64,000 nucleotides of DNA, from positions 1 to 64,000 of the IMG/VR virus record IMGVR_UViG_3300025162_000046. One strand, written 5' to 3'. Origin of the DNA: a virus. The notes beneath the pieces are model-generated. The model was not told the DNA's origin. It saw only the letters and a list, made by a program, of their open reading frames with translations, and made no database searches. Shown here one piece after another: positions 1 through 9,900 of this stretch (its first letter is position 1; each line of letters starts with the position of its first letter). A program made the position numbers and the translations under genes.

Positions 1-1879
1 CAATGGTCTGTCCTAACAAAGCGTGAGGGCCTGCGATCAATTTGAAATTCGCTCCGCCGCTGAATTGAAGTGCGGAAGTCGGCACGGCGGTAGTCCAGAA
101 AATCCTATCGATGTTATTCATACGAGCAAAGTCGCGCTCTCGGTTTGCCATTCCTTCCTTGGTGTGAACCTTCTCAAAAAAAGGAGAGGATTCAAGCATA
201 TTGAGCATTGGCTCAAATAATAACTCGGAAGATTTCTTTTGTGAAGTTGCGCAGAAGGCTTGGGCATATATGGTGGCGGGGGAATGACCGAAGAAACGCC
301 ACGGCGAGCGCATCATAGATAGATGAGTTCCTATGTATAGATTGACGAGAACCGCCAAAAAAGAATTATGGGTGACAATATAATCATCCGTCAAATATAA
401 GCATTCCGGGTGGTCTATCATTATACAGGTCGCTTCTGCATCTTCAACTTGCTCTATTCTTGACAAGTATAAAACTTGCGTTTTTCTTTTTGTTCTTGGG
501 CGATTAAAATGATAATCAACTATGTCTTGCTTTCTCTTTAAAGAAAAAATAGGAAATTTGTTGGAAGGAAATGATATAAAAATAAAATAGCAAGGAAAGT
601 TTATTTTACAGTGGGGTCTAATAGTATCATCTCTGCTCCAAGAGGCAAGCCCCCCCAGCCCCCTCACTAATGTGAGCATATTATCCCTTAATTTTTCACT
701 AGTAGTGTTAAATACCGCTAGTCCCGATCGTTTAACCGCTGTGCCATCCGTATCCATCAGCCCCTGAAGCAATGCAATACGATTCCAAATAGAATCGTAA
801 AGATATTCCTCAGGGATAAATTTATTATTACTTCGTGTCTCTCTCAAACCTAATCGCCCTAATTCTTTTTTATAAGGGTTGCCTTTAGTATGATGATATG
901 TGAATATAGTCTGATAGTCGCATGAAACCGTTTTTGAAATTCGTGCCTGCACATCACTCGATAATTCTTTTTCAACTCGAGCATGAATTTCTTTATCATC
1001 TCCTACAAGTGTGACGGCTGATCCAAAATATCCGTCACCCAATAGAGCCCCTAAAGTATACGGGGATATAATATGGGGGTTTGCCTTGTGAAGAACAGGC
1101 TCCGTTAAAGGTATAAACCAACGATCCTTTGGGTTCTTTTCAATGGACTCTAAAATCCCTTGAGTGGTGATTGTTTTCCAATTAGGAGTTTGGAATTCTT
1201 TTTTCATATATTTTTTTTGTTGTTTATTCCACTCGATAGAGCACTTAGATTTTGCTGCTTTCCACAAATGTTCTCGACCTATATAAGTTTCTCTCCCATC
1301 AGAAAAGGTAGCTCTGAAGATTTCCTTTCTACCCTGCGGTGAGACTTTTATCACATTTGCAAATGATCCATCAGGCGTGCATACTTTTTCACCTACCTGA
1401 ATATCTCCTATGGGGATATCTCCGTGTTCGTAAGTCTTTATATTACAATCGTTCCTCTCCATTTTCCCAAAGCCGATGAAAGAATAAAGAACAGCGGTTC
1501 GATACGGCGCAGTAGGATTCATGAAATCAATAAAGGCTTGCTTGACCTGTGGCCAAATGGTTTGCGCGACAGGACCTAAATAACGCTCAGTAAGAAATTC
1601 CTCTGGTGTAGGGGGCCTATCACGATAATTGAGTCGCCAGCTATTGGATAGAAGATCCGCTTTTTGACTTTCATCAAGATCTTGATTGGTGAGAATAAAT
1701 TCAAGTGCTGTTTTGAGTTGCTGGACATTAAGACCCGTGAACTCAGGTCTGGCGAGAGCAGCCGGATCTCCTGAGAGAACATCTTTGAAAATAAATTGTA
1801 AATTGTTAAGTAGCTCAGGATCAAATGTGGATAGATCGACCCCCTTTGCTTCTTCAAGAAAAGGGTTATTTGTGGACAT
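1..1879 (-). CDS. terL: Terminase large subunit, intein-containing, 3' end outside window
   Basis: Manually translated open frame from ATG 1879 to the window edge (absent from the ORF track because there is no stop). MSTNNPFLEE...RPPTPEEFLTERYLG...RTAVLYSFIGFGK/[intein]/SFLAVLVNLY gives a Walker A GxGKS and an N-terminal motif typical of large-phage terminases. Confidence 0.75.
   Translation of the reverse strand, partial: MSTNNPFLEEAKGVDLSTFDPELLNNLQFIFKDVLSGDPAALARPEFTGLNVQQLKTALEFILTNQDLDESQKADLLSNSWRLNYRDRPPTPEEFLTERYLGPVAQTIWPQVKQAFIDFMNPTAPYRTAVLYSFIGFGKMERNDCNIKTYEHGDIPIGDIQVGEKVCTPDGSFANVIKVSPQGRKEIFRATFSDGRETYIGREHLWKAAKSKCSIEWNKQQKKYMKKEFQTPNWKTITTQGILESIEKNPKDRWFIPLTEPVLHKANPHIISPYTLGALLGDGYFGSAVTLVGDDKEIHARVEKELSSDVQARISKTVSCDYQTIFTYHHTKGNPYKKELGRLGLRETRSNNKFIPEEYLYDSIWNRIALLQGLMDTDGTAVKRSGLAVFNTTSEKLRDNMLTLVRGLGGLASWSRDDTIRPHCKINFPCYFIFISFPSNKFPIFSLKRKQDIVDYHFNRPRTKRKTQVLYLSRIEQVEDAEATCIMIDHPECLYLTDDYIVTHNSFLAVLVNLYIGTHLSMMRSPWRFFGHSPATIYAQAFCATSQKKSSELLFEPMLNMLESSPFFEKVHTKEGMANRERDFARMNNIDRIFWTTAVPTSALQFSGGANFKLIAGPHALLGQTI
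365..1462 (-). mobile_element. Contiguous 366-aa intein with LAGLIDADG homing endonuclease in the terminase P-loop; class 3-like (Met1, WCT motif)
   Basis: Starts MERNDCNIKTYEHGDIPIGDIQVGEKVCTPDG. Block B is GREHLW. LAGLIDADG motifs are PYTLGALLGDG and LLQGLMDTDG. Ends ATCIMIDHPECLYLTDDYIVTHN/S. Confidence 0.92.
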
Positions 1880-1901
1880 CTTAGTCTTTTCCTTTGGCGC
1901 C

Positions 1902-1936
1902 ACTAATTATCTTAGTAAGCACACTCCTTATTTAGT
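1902..1936. promoter_or_regulatory. Oppositely oriented late-type promoter motifs: ACTAATTA (+, 1902-1909) and ACTAAATA (-, 1929-1936)
   Basis: Matches a motif found upstream of about 20 genes in this window; lies between terL and the 2134 gene. Confidence 0.6.
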
Positions 1937-2133
1937 GTGCCGGAATTCGAGGAAACTCGGATGAATGCGAAAAATGTTGCAAATGCATGCAAAATGCTCG
2001 GGCTTACGTGTGAGCCAACCGTCCTCTTAACATATGTGAGGCAAAAACCAAGCGCGCCGGCAATAAAGCGCAGCACATCTTAAACCACCATACGTGGCAC
2101 GAACAACGTTGGTGACCCTGAGGAGGGTCAATT

Positions 2134-3642
2134 ATGAACAGAGCGGAATTCCGCCGAATGGCAGAGATCAAAGCTAAGATCACTGTAGCAAAAAGACGCC
2201 GTATGCGTGAGGCTGGCGTCCCCGTAGCAGTAGGCCCGGACAAGGGTGAGAATGCTTACATCAAGTCACCTCTTTCTGGTGAAGAGCTGAAAGTTGTAGA
2301 AGCATATCGCAAGTGGAAACGCGCACGCGTTCAAGAAGGCGAAGCTGCTGCTCCCGCTGATGATGGCGCCGAGGCTCCGGCAACGAATGTGACTGCCGAA
2401 TCTCGCAACATGCGTATTCTTCGTCTTAAAAGGAAGATTGAGCGTCGTCGCCGAGTCGAAGGCCTCAAGCGTCAGCTCGCAGAGAAGCGCAATGCCGAAA
2501 AACCGGATGCTCTTCGTTCACAAGCCCTTGCACTCAAAGAAAGGATTCAAAAGGTCCGCAAAGCTCTTAGAACTTTGAGTCTTCGTGAAGGCGCTCCCGG
2601 AGCCGCCCCAATGGCCCCCCCTCCTGACGCTTCTTCGCCCCCAATGGGCGCAGCCGCTCCTGGTGCCGATGGCATGCCCGGAGCAATTCCAAATCTCCCG
2701 CCAGAAATTACTGCGGAGATTCAGAATATCGCAACAGCAGCGCAGTCACTTGCACAGATGGCTGGCGTAGCACCAGAAGCACCACAACCCGGCGCGGATC
2801 TTGGCGCAGGTATTCCTCCTGAAGGTGCCGCTCCTGGTAGTTCCGGAATGCTTCCTGAGAAGGCTCAGCGCATCGCTCGTATCAAGGCTCTTCTTGAGAA
2901 GAAGAAAGCCGAAAAGGGTGATGACAAAAAGAAAGAGAAAAAGGCTGAGAAGGAAGATGAGAAAGACGAGAAGGGCAAGAAGAAATTCCCCTTCAGCAAG
3001 AAGAAGGAATCGTGGGAAGATAATGAGGCTAATAGAAAAAACACTAAACTCATGGCTAATAAACTTATGCCTCTTACTCAAATGATTCCAGACGAATTCT
3101 ACGCAGATGAAGAAGAAGATGAGGACGGGAAGCTGATGGACAGCGTGCGCAATCGTGCCACTGCTCGTCGTGAGGCCCTCCAGAAAATCCGCGCTCGCGC
3201 GATGAACGAAAGATCCTATGAAGCCGAAGAGGCTTCTGATGGTGATGTCAAGGGTTTTGTAAAGAACGCGCTTGACCTTGGTCAGCGTGGCTATGAACTT
3301 AACCAAGACCGCGTGATTCAGCAAGCTGGTGTCAAGCATGACGGAGCATCTCCTTCCATGCCTGGCAGAAAGGAAGCAACCTCAAGTATTAGCCCTGCCC
3401 GCACCTGGCCCGCTAAGGACCTCAAGTATGGTGGGAAGGTTCCTGATAGTTTCGCACGAACCCCCGATTATAACCCCGTTCGTAAGTCTGGTGGGCAACC
3501 GCGTATGCCCGGACAGGGGGATAAGGGGGCTGTGACTAAGGAATCTGTCGAGCAAGATTGGTCAGAAAAAAATATTGATCATTTCCTTGAGAGGAAGGAG
3601 CTCAACTTTCGCGATTTACTTAAAAGTGGTCGCCTCGGCTGA
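2134..3642 (+). CDS. Probable prohead core/scaffold-like protein
   Basis: Charged coiled-coil segments with Pro/Ala/Gly linkers, many (L/M/V)xE-(A/G/S) sites (MREA, VQEG, LREG, TKES), strong GGAGG RBS. Confidence 0.5.
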   Translation: MNRAEFRRMAEIKAKITVAKRRRMREAGVPVAVGPDKGENAYIKSPLSGEELKVVEAYRKWKRARVQEGEAAAPADDGAEAPATNVTAESRNMRILRLKRKIERRRRVEGLKRQLAEKRNAEKPDALRSQALALKERIQKVRKALRTLSLREGAPGAAPMAPPPDASSPPMGAAAPGADGMPGAIPNLPPEITAEIQNIATAAQSLAQMAGVAPEAPQPGADLGAGIPPEGAAPGSSGMLPEKAQRIARIKALLEKKKAEKGDDKKKEKKAEKEDEKDEKGKKKFPFSKKKESWEDNEANRKNTKLMANKLMPLTQMIPDEFYADEEEDEDGKLMDSVRNRATARREALQKIRARAMNERSYEAEEASDGDVKGFVKNALDLGQRGYELNQDRVIQQAGVKHDGASPSMPGRKEATSSISPARTWPAKDLKYGGKVPDSFARTPDYNPVRKSGGQPRMPGQGDKGAVTKESVEQDWSEKNIDHFLERKELNFRDLLKSGRLG

Positions 3643-3680
3643 TAAGAACTTAATTTTTAGGGCCTTCTAACCGGAGGTTG

Positions 3681-3716
3681 AAGCCTCCACTAATTATATT
3701 ATTGGTGGAGGCTTTT
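3681..3716 (+). promoter_or_regulatory. RBS-sequestering hairpin containing the ACTAATTA motif
   Basis: AAGCCTCCAC-TAAT-tatatt-ATTG-GTGGAGGCTT inverted repeat; GGAGG is in the 3' arm; ATG at 3719. Confidence 0.8.
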
Positions 3717-3718
3717 TT

Positions 3719-3883
3719 ATGCCCTGTTATGTTTATGTCTATCTTGACCCTCGAAAACCGGGGATATTTGGATACGGGGAATACAAGTTTGACCATGAAC
3801 CTTTTTATGTAGGGTATAGCTCGCGTCAATTCCGTATGAGTGAACACCTTCGCGAGCTTTTAGCTAGTGGCCGTTTAGGTTAA
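3719..3883 (+). pseudogene. Truncated GIY-YIG-like homing endonuclease fused in frame to a second copy of the upstream gene's C-terminus (54 aa)
   Basis: MPCYVYVYLDPRKPGIFGYGEYKFDHEPFYVGYSSRQFRMSEHL-RELLASGRLG*. The first part is nearly identical to the 3938 ORF N-terminus; the last 10 aa match RDLLKSGRLG* of 2134..3642. Confidence 0.85.
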
Positions 3884-3905
3884 ACTTTAGCAACTTCCCA
3901 GAGAT

Positions 3906-3935
3906 AAAACTCCCACTAATTATAGTGGGAGTTTT
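3906..3935 (+). promoter_or_regulatory. RBS-sequestering hairpin containing the ACTAATTA motif
   Basis: AAAACTCCCACTA-atta-TAGTGGGAGTTTT, a perfect 13-bp stem; ATG at 3938. Confidence 0.85.
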
Positions 3936-3937
3936 TT

Positions 3938-4720
3938 ATGCCATACGTGTATGTTTACCTGGACCCTCGTAAACCGGGAATTTTCGAATACGGGGATTAT
4001 AAATTCGATTATGAACCTTTCTATGTAGGCTACGGGAGTCAGCAAACAAGAATGAGAGCCCATTTAAGAGACGCTAAAAAACATAAGGGCTCTGAGCACC
4101 CTAAATTCGCGAAAATTCATAAGATTTGGGCGGAAGGACTGGATCCTATTCTTATTCAGTATCAAAAAAATCTAAGTAGAGAGAAAGCCTGCGAATTAGA
4201 GCATAACATGGTAATCACGATAGGTCGGCAGGACTTGAAAAAAGGGCCACTAACCAATCTTACTGATGCGGGAGAGACCAATTTGAATCGGTCGTATAAA
4301 CCGAGACCTCAGCCAACGAGAACACGAGAAAAAATTCGGGACACTCTAAAGCAAAAATACATTGATCACCCAGAATTGCGTGAAAAACCTTTCTCGCAAG
4401 ACACCCGAAAAAAAATTAGCGCGGGGCTTATAAAAGCCTACGCAGCTGGAAAAAAAATGCCGGTAACTGGTGGCTGGAAGTTATCTGAAGAGGTTATAAA
4501 AGAAATGTCAGAAAGAAGTAAATTACAAAAGCATCCAACAGGGATTAATGCCGCAAATTGGTCAGGATGGGCTTACGACCCTCAAAAAAACATATCTTAC
4601 GCTACCGCAAAGTTGGCCGCAAGATACGAGCAAGTGGCTAATGGGACTATTCTTTGGAGAATTCAAAAAGGTAAATGGAAATACCTTCAAGAACCTCAGG
4701 GAACTCAGGTCTTTGAGTAA
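3938..4720 (+). CDS. Free-standing GIY-YIG-like homing endonuclease
   Basis: YVYVYLDPRK...EPFYVG...R...E...GPLTNLTDAG catalytic module plus basic NUMOD3-like segments (SQDTRKKISAGL). Confidence 0.85.
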   Translation: MPYVYVYLDPRKPGIFEYGDYKFDYEPFYVGYGSQQTRMRAHLRDAKKHKGSEHPKFAKIHKIWAEGLDPILIQYQKNLSREKACELEHNMVITIGRQDLKKGPLTNLTDAGETNLNRSYKPRPQPTRTREKIRDTLKQKYIDHPELREKPFSQDTRKKISAGLIKAYAAGKKMPVTGGWKLSEEVIKEMSERSKLQKHPTGINAANWSGWAYDPQKNISYATAKLAARYEQVANGTILWRIQKGKWKYLQEPQGTQVFE

Positions 4721-4757
4721 ATCTTACTAATTAAAAGACTTCCTAAAGGAGAATAAT

Positions 4758-6875
4758 ATGGCAGAGCAAGGCCTACCAAAAGTAAAGAAATCAGAAGGAG
4801 ACGAAACTGCCGATAATTGGCTCAAGGGCGAAGCTACTTGGCCGGTTTCTGAAATCGATCCTTCTGTTATAGATCCGGATGGTTTGTTTTTGCCAAAGGA
4901 CCCGAGAAGCATCGCGGAAGAACAACAAGATCGCGAACGCGGGTCTAAAGATTTATACCAGCAGAAGTTCAAACCGCCGTTCGGAGCAATCCAAAACGAC
5001 TGGGAGTCTAACATAGATCCCCGTGCTGATGAAAAAGATGCTAAAGGCCCCGTCTCTAAGCATGCAGCGGCTAATCGGGATCACGCAAAAGATGGCGAGC
5101 GCAATCAAGGGGCCAAGGCTGATATCACCACGGATTATATGAATAAGGAACCAAAAGAGAAGCTTTTTTCTGATGAAAAGAAACTCACGGAGATGTCTAT
5201 AGAAGAGCTTGAAAGACTCCTTGAGGCAGAGGATATTCCAGTTGAGGCGGATCTTCTCACAAATCTACCTCCTCTACCTGAAGCCCCAATTTCTAACTCG
5301 GATTACAATTCTGAAGAAGATGATGAAGAGACAGAAGCGCTTGATACTTTTGAGCATGCCAGCCATGACCCTGTGCCAAAAGAGGGCCCAATCGAGACCG
5401 TCCTCCATACCGGGGCTTATCACGATCAACTCCAAGAAGCCGGTGGCAAGGGCGCTTTTGGCCAATTTTTTCAAGAGAATCCAAATGCTTTCCATGAGGA
5501 TCCTAAGAACGCTTTTCATCGCTATAAAAAATGGGCCGACAAAAAAGGAATTGAACAAGGTTGGTGGCAAACATTCCAGCGCGCGCATGCTAAGGGAGCT
5601 GGTGGTTCTGCTACTGCTACAAAAGCGCCTCGACCTGGGAAAGCTCCTCCTCCTGATGCGGCCCCGCCAGCACCAAGGCCTTCTATCCAAAGCGCAGACT
5701 TAGATAGCGAGTTTGGTGATATGCTGGGGCCCCTCGCCAAGGCAACAGAAGAGCAACTTTCATCTGAACTTACGGTGGATGAGAAGTATTCTCAGCTTCT
5801 TTCTAAAGTATACGATTGGGCGACAACTCCCATGGAGCCTTTTGAGAAAGATCCATCTAAGAAAACCTCGGGTAGCAAACGCCATATAATGATCTGTGGT
5901 TCAGCAGGGGTGGGCAAAACATTTAGTGTGAAAGAAGCGGTTCTTCGAGCGGTAAATGAGGGGATCAAATTCAAAACTCAATATGTTCGCGGAACGATTG
6001 GCAAATCCATTTCTAATGTCATGGCATTCCTTTATCGATTCCGCCAAGGCTATCTCATCATATTCGATGACTGCGATGACTTTCTTGATTCAGATCTTGG
6101 CAATGTCATGAAAGGAGTATTTGAGCTTGATGCCCCGACAACAAACACCGGCTCTGTCGGCGTTCGTAAGATGGCAGCGAAGAATATGCTCGATCTCGAA
6201 GATCAGCCTCTTGAAGAAAGCGAAGCTATTCGTAAATTCCTTCGAGGCGAATTCCTGAACGAGGCCGCGGATGAAGACATGCCAATGGACGAGGTGGTGG
6301 ATGAGGCTGATGATGAAGAAGAATTTGAACGCGATGGAATGGATGATACTGGTAATGAAGATAAAGCCGAAGAACTTCTCCCCGCTCGTATCAATTTCCA
6401 ATCTCGCATCCTCTTCATTTCCAACAAAAAAAGAACTCAAATTGACGCTGCTGTTAGATCTCGTCTCAGCGTAATAGAGTTGTATCTCTCGGCACAAGAG
6501 ATTATTGGCCGCATCAGAGAGATTTTCGCGCAGCTTCTCAAAAATGAAGCTACAGTTCCCAAGGCTCGCCTCGAGTGGGCAAAAACTAACGCTCTTCGTT
6601 GGTTAGAACTTACAGTCAAGGCCAATGGGCAACCAATCGAATTCCTTGGGGGCCGTTCGCTTCAACTTCCTTTTGAGCCCGATGCTACGATTATTGAGTT
6701 CCGAACTTATATTGATCTCGTGAGTGGCTGGCTTTCTCAATCGAAAAAATATGAGCGTGAGCATAAAGGTATATCTCTTATGACACAGCCGAAACTTCCG
6801 ATGGATTTCCTTCGCGGGTTCTTGATGGGCGAGTTAGTTCCTATTCTTAAGGATGCAACGAAAGGTCGTCGATAA
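4758..6875 (+). CDS. AAA+/P-loop ATPase with long acidic N-terminal extension
   Basis: Walker A GSAGVGKT, Walker B LIIFDDCD, sensor ILFISN, AVRSR arginine finger. LTEM/LQEA/LEES/LNEA sites suggest head processing. Confidence 0.8.
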   Translation: MAEQGLPKVKKSEGDETADNWLKGEATWPVSEIDPSVIDPDGLFLPKDPRSIAEEQQDRERGSKDLYQQKFKPPFGAIQNDWESNIDPRADEKDAKGPVSKHAAANRDHAKDGERNQGAKADITTDYMNKEPKEKLFSDEKKLTEMSIEELERLLEAEDIPVEADLLTNLPPLPEAPISNSDYNSEEDDEETEALDTFEHASHDPVPKEGPIETVLHTGAYHDQLQEAGGKGAFGQFFQENPNAFHEDPKNAFHRYKKWADKKGIEQGWWQTFQRAHAKGAGGSATATKAPRPGKAPPPDAAPPAPRPSIQSADLDSEFGDMLGPLAKATEEQLSSELTVDEKYSQLLSKVYDWATTPMEPFEKDPSKKTSGSKRHIMICGSAGVGKTFSVKEAVLRAVNEGIKFKTQYVRGTIGKSISNVMAFLYRFRQGYLIIFDDCDDFLDSDLGNVMKGVFELDAPTTNTGSVGVRKMAAKNMLDLEDQPLEESEAIRKFLRGEFLNEAADEDMPMDEVVDEADDEEEFERDGMDDTGNEDKAEELLPARINFQSRILFISNKKRTQIDAAVRSRLSVIELYLSAQEIIGRIREIFAQLLKNEATVPKARLEWAKTNALRWLELTVKANGQPIEFLGGRSLQLPFEPDATIIEFRTYIDLVSGWLSQSKKYEREHKGISLMTQPKLPMDFLRGFLMGELVPILKDATKGRR

Positions 6876-6964
6876 TGAAAGATCTCGGTGATGTTGGTGA
6901 CTTCGAACGCCCTGGACTTTCGGTAGAAGCTTTTCTTAAGACAGCGGGGGTAGCTAATGCTTAA
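6875..6964 (+). CDS. 29-aa micro-ORF carrying the DLGDxGDF motif
   Basis: MKDLGDVGDFERPGLSVEAFLKTAGVANA*. ATG overlaps the upstream TAA (TAATG) and the stop overlaps the next gene. Aligns with the N-terminus of 15247..15771. Confidence 0.6.
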   Translation: MKDLGDVGDFERPGLSVEAFLKTAGVANA

Positions 6965-9900
6965 TAATTTTCAAGAAGGCGGCAATGCCATCAAAGACGC
7001 GGTGGATGTTCCTACCGCGAATGTCATGCCGACCATTGAAGCTTATATCATCGATGTTATCTCCAAACTTGATCATAAAGCTTGGGCAAAGATAGGCTCA
7101 ACGGGTAAAAAGAAAATAAAAAACGGGGATATAGATCTCGCATTCGACACGGATCTATCCTTAGAAGAGCTTTCCGCCGAATTAGATAAACTTGGTATTG
7201 AGCATGTAGTGTCTAAAGGGTTTCACGAACTCAATACAAAATTCCATCAGTATTCTCCCGAAGGAGAAGGGCTACCTGAATTCGCCCAAGTGGATTTGAT
7301 GGTAGGGAATCTCGATTGGCTTCAATTCGCTTATTTCACCGCGCCTGAGGCAGAAACTCATTACAAAGCAAAGCACCACACCGCGACCCTTTTTGGTCTT
7401 CTCAGAGGAACGGATATTGAAGGTGATGACGGTTCATTGACTGGATGGTCGATGGCGGTTGCTTACGGGGTATTCAATCGTAAGAGTATCAAGTATGTGA
7501 ATAAAAAAGGCAATGAAGATACTAAGGCAGAGAAGCTTAGTGGGTATTTTCCCAGCCCTAAAGTTTTCTGTGAGGTAATATCCGAGCGGAGTTTAGAACC
7601 TTGGAGTCCCGAGGATCTTATGGATACTTGTGAGGCTATCTGGGAAAAAATCAAGCAGCGATATTCTCCCGAACAACAACACACCATCTTCAAAACGATT
7701 ACGCGCTGGTGTGCAAACCAAGAAATTGAAGTGCCTGATCTGATGCCTTCTCTTCAAGAAGCGTTAGACCATATTATTACAAAAGAAAAACTCCATCAGA
7801 CTCACGCCGAAGATATGGTGTTGTATGGTGCAGAAGGTATCGAGTTTACTCTCGAAACCTTCGAATCCCTGTTTCATCAATTACAGACGGGGGAACCTAC
7901 TGTGGAAAGGAATTTAAGCGTTAAGGCGGATGGCGCGCCTGTAGTATTTGCTGGTAAGAGTTTCGCACATATCAAAGTCCCCTTCGTTGCAGCTAAGGCT
8001 ATCTTAGCTAAGAACGCCAAGTATGCGACTAACGAGGAAGAGCTTGTTGAGTTATTCGGCAATCGCCCTGGGCTGCTTCTTAAGATGCGAGCATTACTCA
8101 AATATGTCCCCGCAATTGGATTTCCCGAGGGAGAATGCTGGCGAGGAGATTTTTTATTCGCGCATGATGCCCTTCAACATCTTTCTATCGAAGGGAAAGA
8201 GTATGTCACGATGCATCCTAATAGCCTCTATTATGCGACTCAGGCTAATAGCGATTTAGCAGCGAGAGTTGAGGAGGCTGAGATCGGCGTTGTATGGCAT
8301 ACCCGATACAATGGTGAAGATGTTACCACAGCGGAGCCCATCTATTCAACAGATGTATCTGAACTCAATGACATTCCCCAAGTGTTCCAGACTGACCCTT
8401 ATCTTCGAAGTCTTGCCGGAGGAGTATTCACTCATGAAGAGGAATCGAAAATAGAACATCTATTGGACTTCGCTCATCAGGCAAAAGAAGAACTCCTTCA
8501 AAGCGATGATTATTCTACGATTCTCGCGGATGAAGACTTCATAAAGAATTTCTTTACGATTTTTGAAAATCACAAAGTGCGTTCAGGCGCAATAGGAATA
8601 GACCCTTTGACTTTTATTCCTGAACTAATGGAATGGTCAATTGGTCGCTTTGAAAAGAAAATTGCGAGTCTCAAGACAGATAAGGCTCGAGCGAGCTATG
8701 AAGAAAAAAAAGCTCAATTCCTTGAGCTCCTCGAGAGTCGCAAAGACACCTTACTCACGATGCTTGACCTTATGAAAGATATCGCTGAAGTCAAAGACAT
8801 GTTTGTTGATAAACTTAATCATTTCGGAATGTTTGAAACCTTTTATAAGACTATGTCGGATGGCGCGTTTCATCGAACGGGACAAGAAGGATTTGTCATC
8901 TCTGATACAATCGGCAACTCTTTGAAACTTATCAATCGCGCTGAGTTCAGCCATCTCAATTTCTCCCCAGATACGGAGAATGGATGGAAAGTAGAAGCGG
9001 AGACTTTCAATGAGGATGCTCCTAAGGACCCCATGAAAATTGAAGCATATCTCGCGAATCAGTTAGGTTTAGTAATCACAAAAAAAAGTTCAACTACTTG
9101 GTCCGCTCGAGACCCGGAGAACGAAAGAAAAGATAAAGCTATTCGCGCCCAGCGTATTCTCAAAGGAGAATTACAACGAGATGGGAAAGACCTTATCCTT
9201 CCGACCGGTATAAAAATAGAATTCAAAGATGAAAAAGCACTGAAACAAAATGCTAAGCACGAAGATAATGTTGAGACTCGATACTTCCGTATTCTTGAAG
9301 AAAACTTCAATAGAGCGTTGGGCGCTCGTAAATCAATTAATGTCCAGATCAAAGGGCAAAAAAAGACTATGCTTATTCAGGGAGTTGCGGGGGTTAAAGT
9401 TGTTGAGGGGACTCCTAAAGCAGATTTTGCTTTTGTGGATAAAGCGGGTTATGAGATTTACTATATTAGCCACAAGGCCGGCACAACGCCTGCTCACTAT
9501 CAGCAATACGGAGGTCTGAAGGATCTCAAGGACTCGCCGGCTTGGGATTTAATTGCCCCGGAGCTTGCCAAGAAAATTCGTAAAACAATTAGGGGAGTAG
9601 AGTTTGGCTCCGGGCTCGCGGTAAAAAAGAGTTTAAAAAATACGGGGCCAGAAGGCCAGATTAAAAAATTGGCCGCTTATGGACAGGATTATAATTCCAG
9701 TGCCGAGGGCCCTCAGAATGTATCCGCTATCATACAAGGAGAGATTTCCTTTACTCCCGCGGGTTCGGGGACTTACGATCTAAATGCCGCTCATGTCTAT
9801 CTTAATGGAGAAAATATGTCTGGCGACGCTGATCCTGTTTTCATTGTCAGATATGATAGTGAAAGAGATAGCCTGATAGGCGGAATCAAGTTTGTCAACG

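Noticed and set aside
23-1964. Short ORFs listed over the first 2 kb
   Set aside because: They overlap the long minus-strand terminase/intein frame, which has convincing motifs.
1940-2060. c-di-GMP (GEMM) riboswitch suggested by the GAAA tetraloop and GCAAA tracts
   Set aside because: The order and spacing of elements do not fit the consensus as I recall it; kept only as a generic structured leader.
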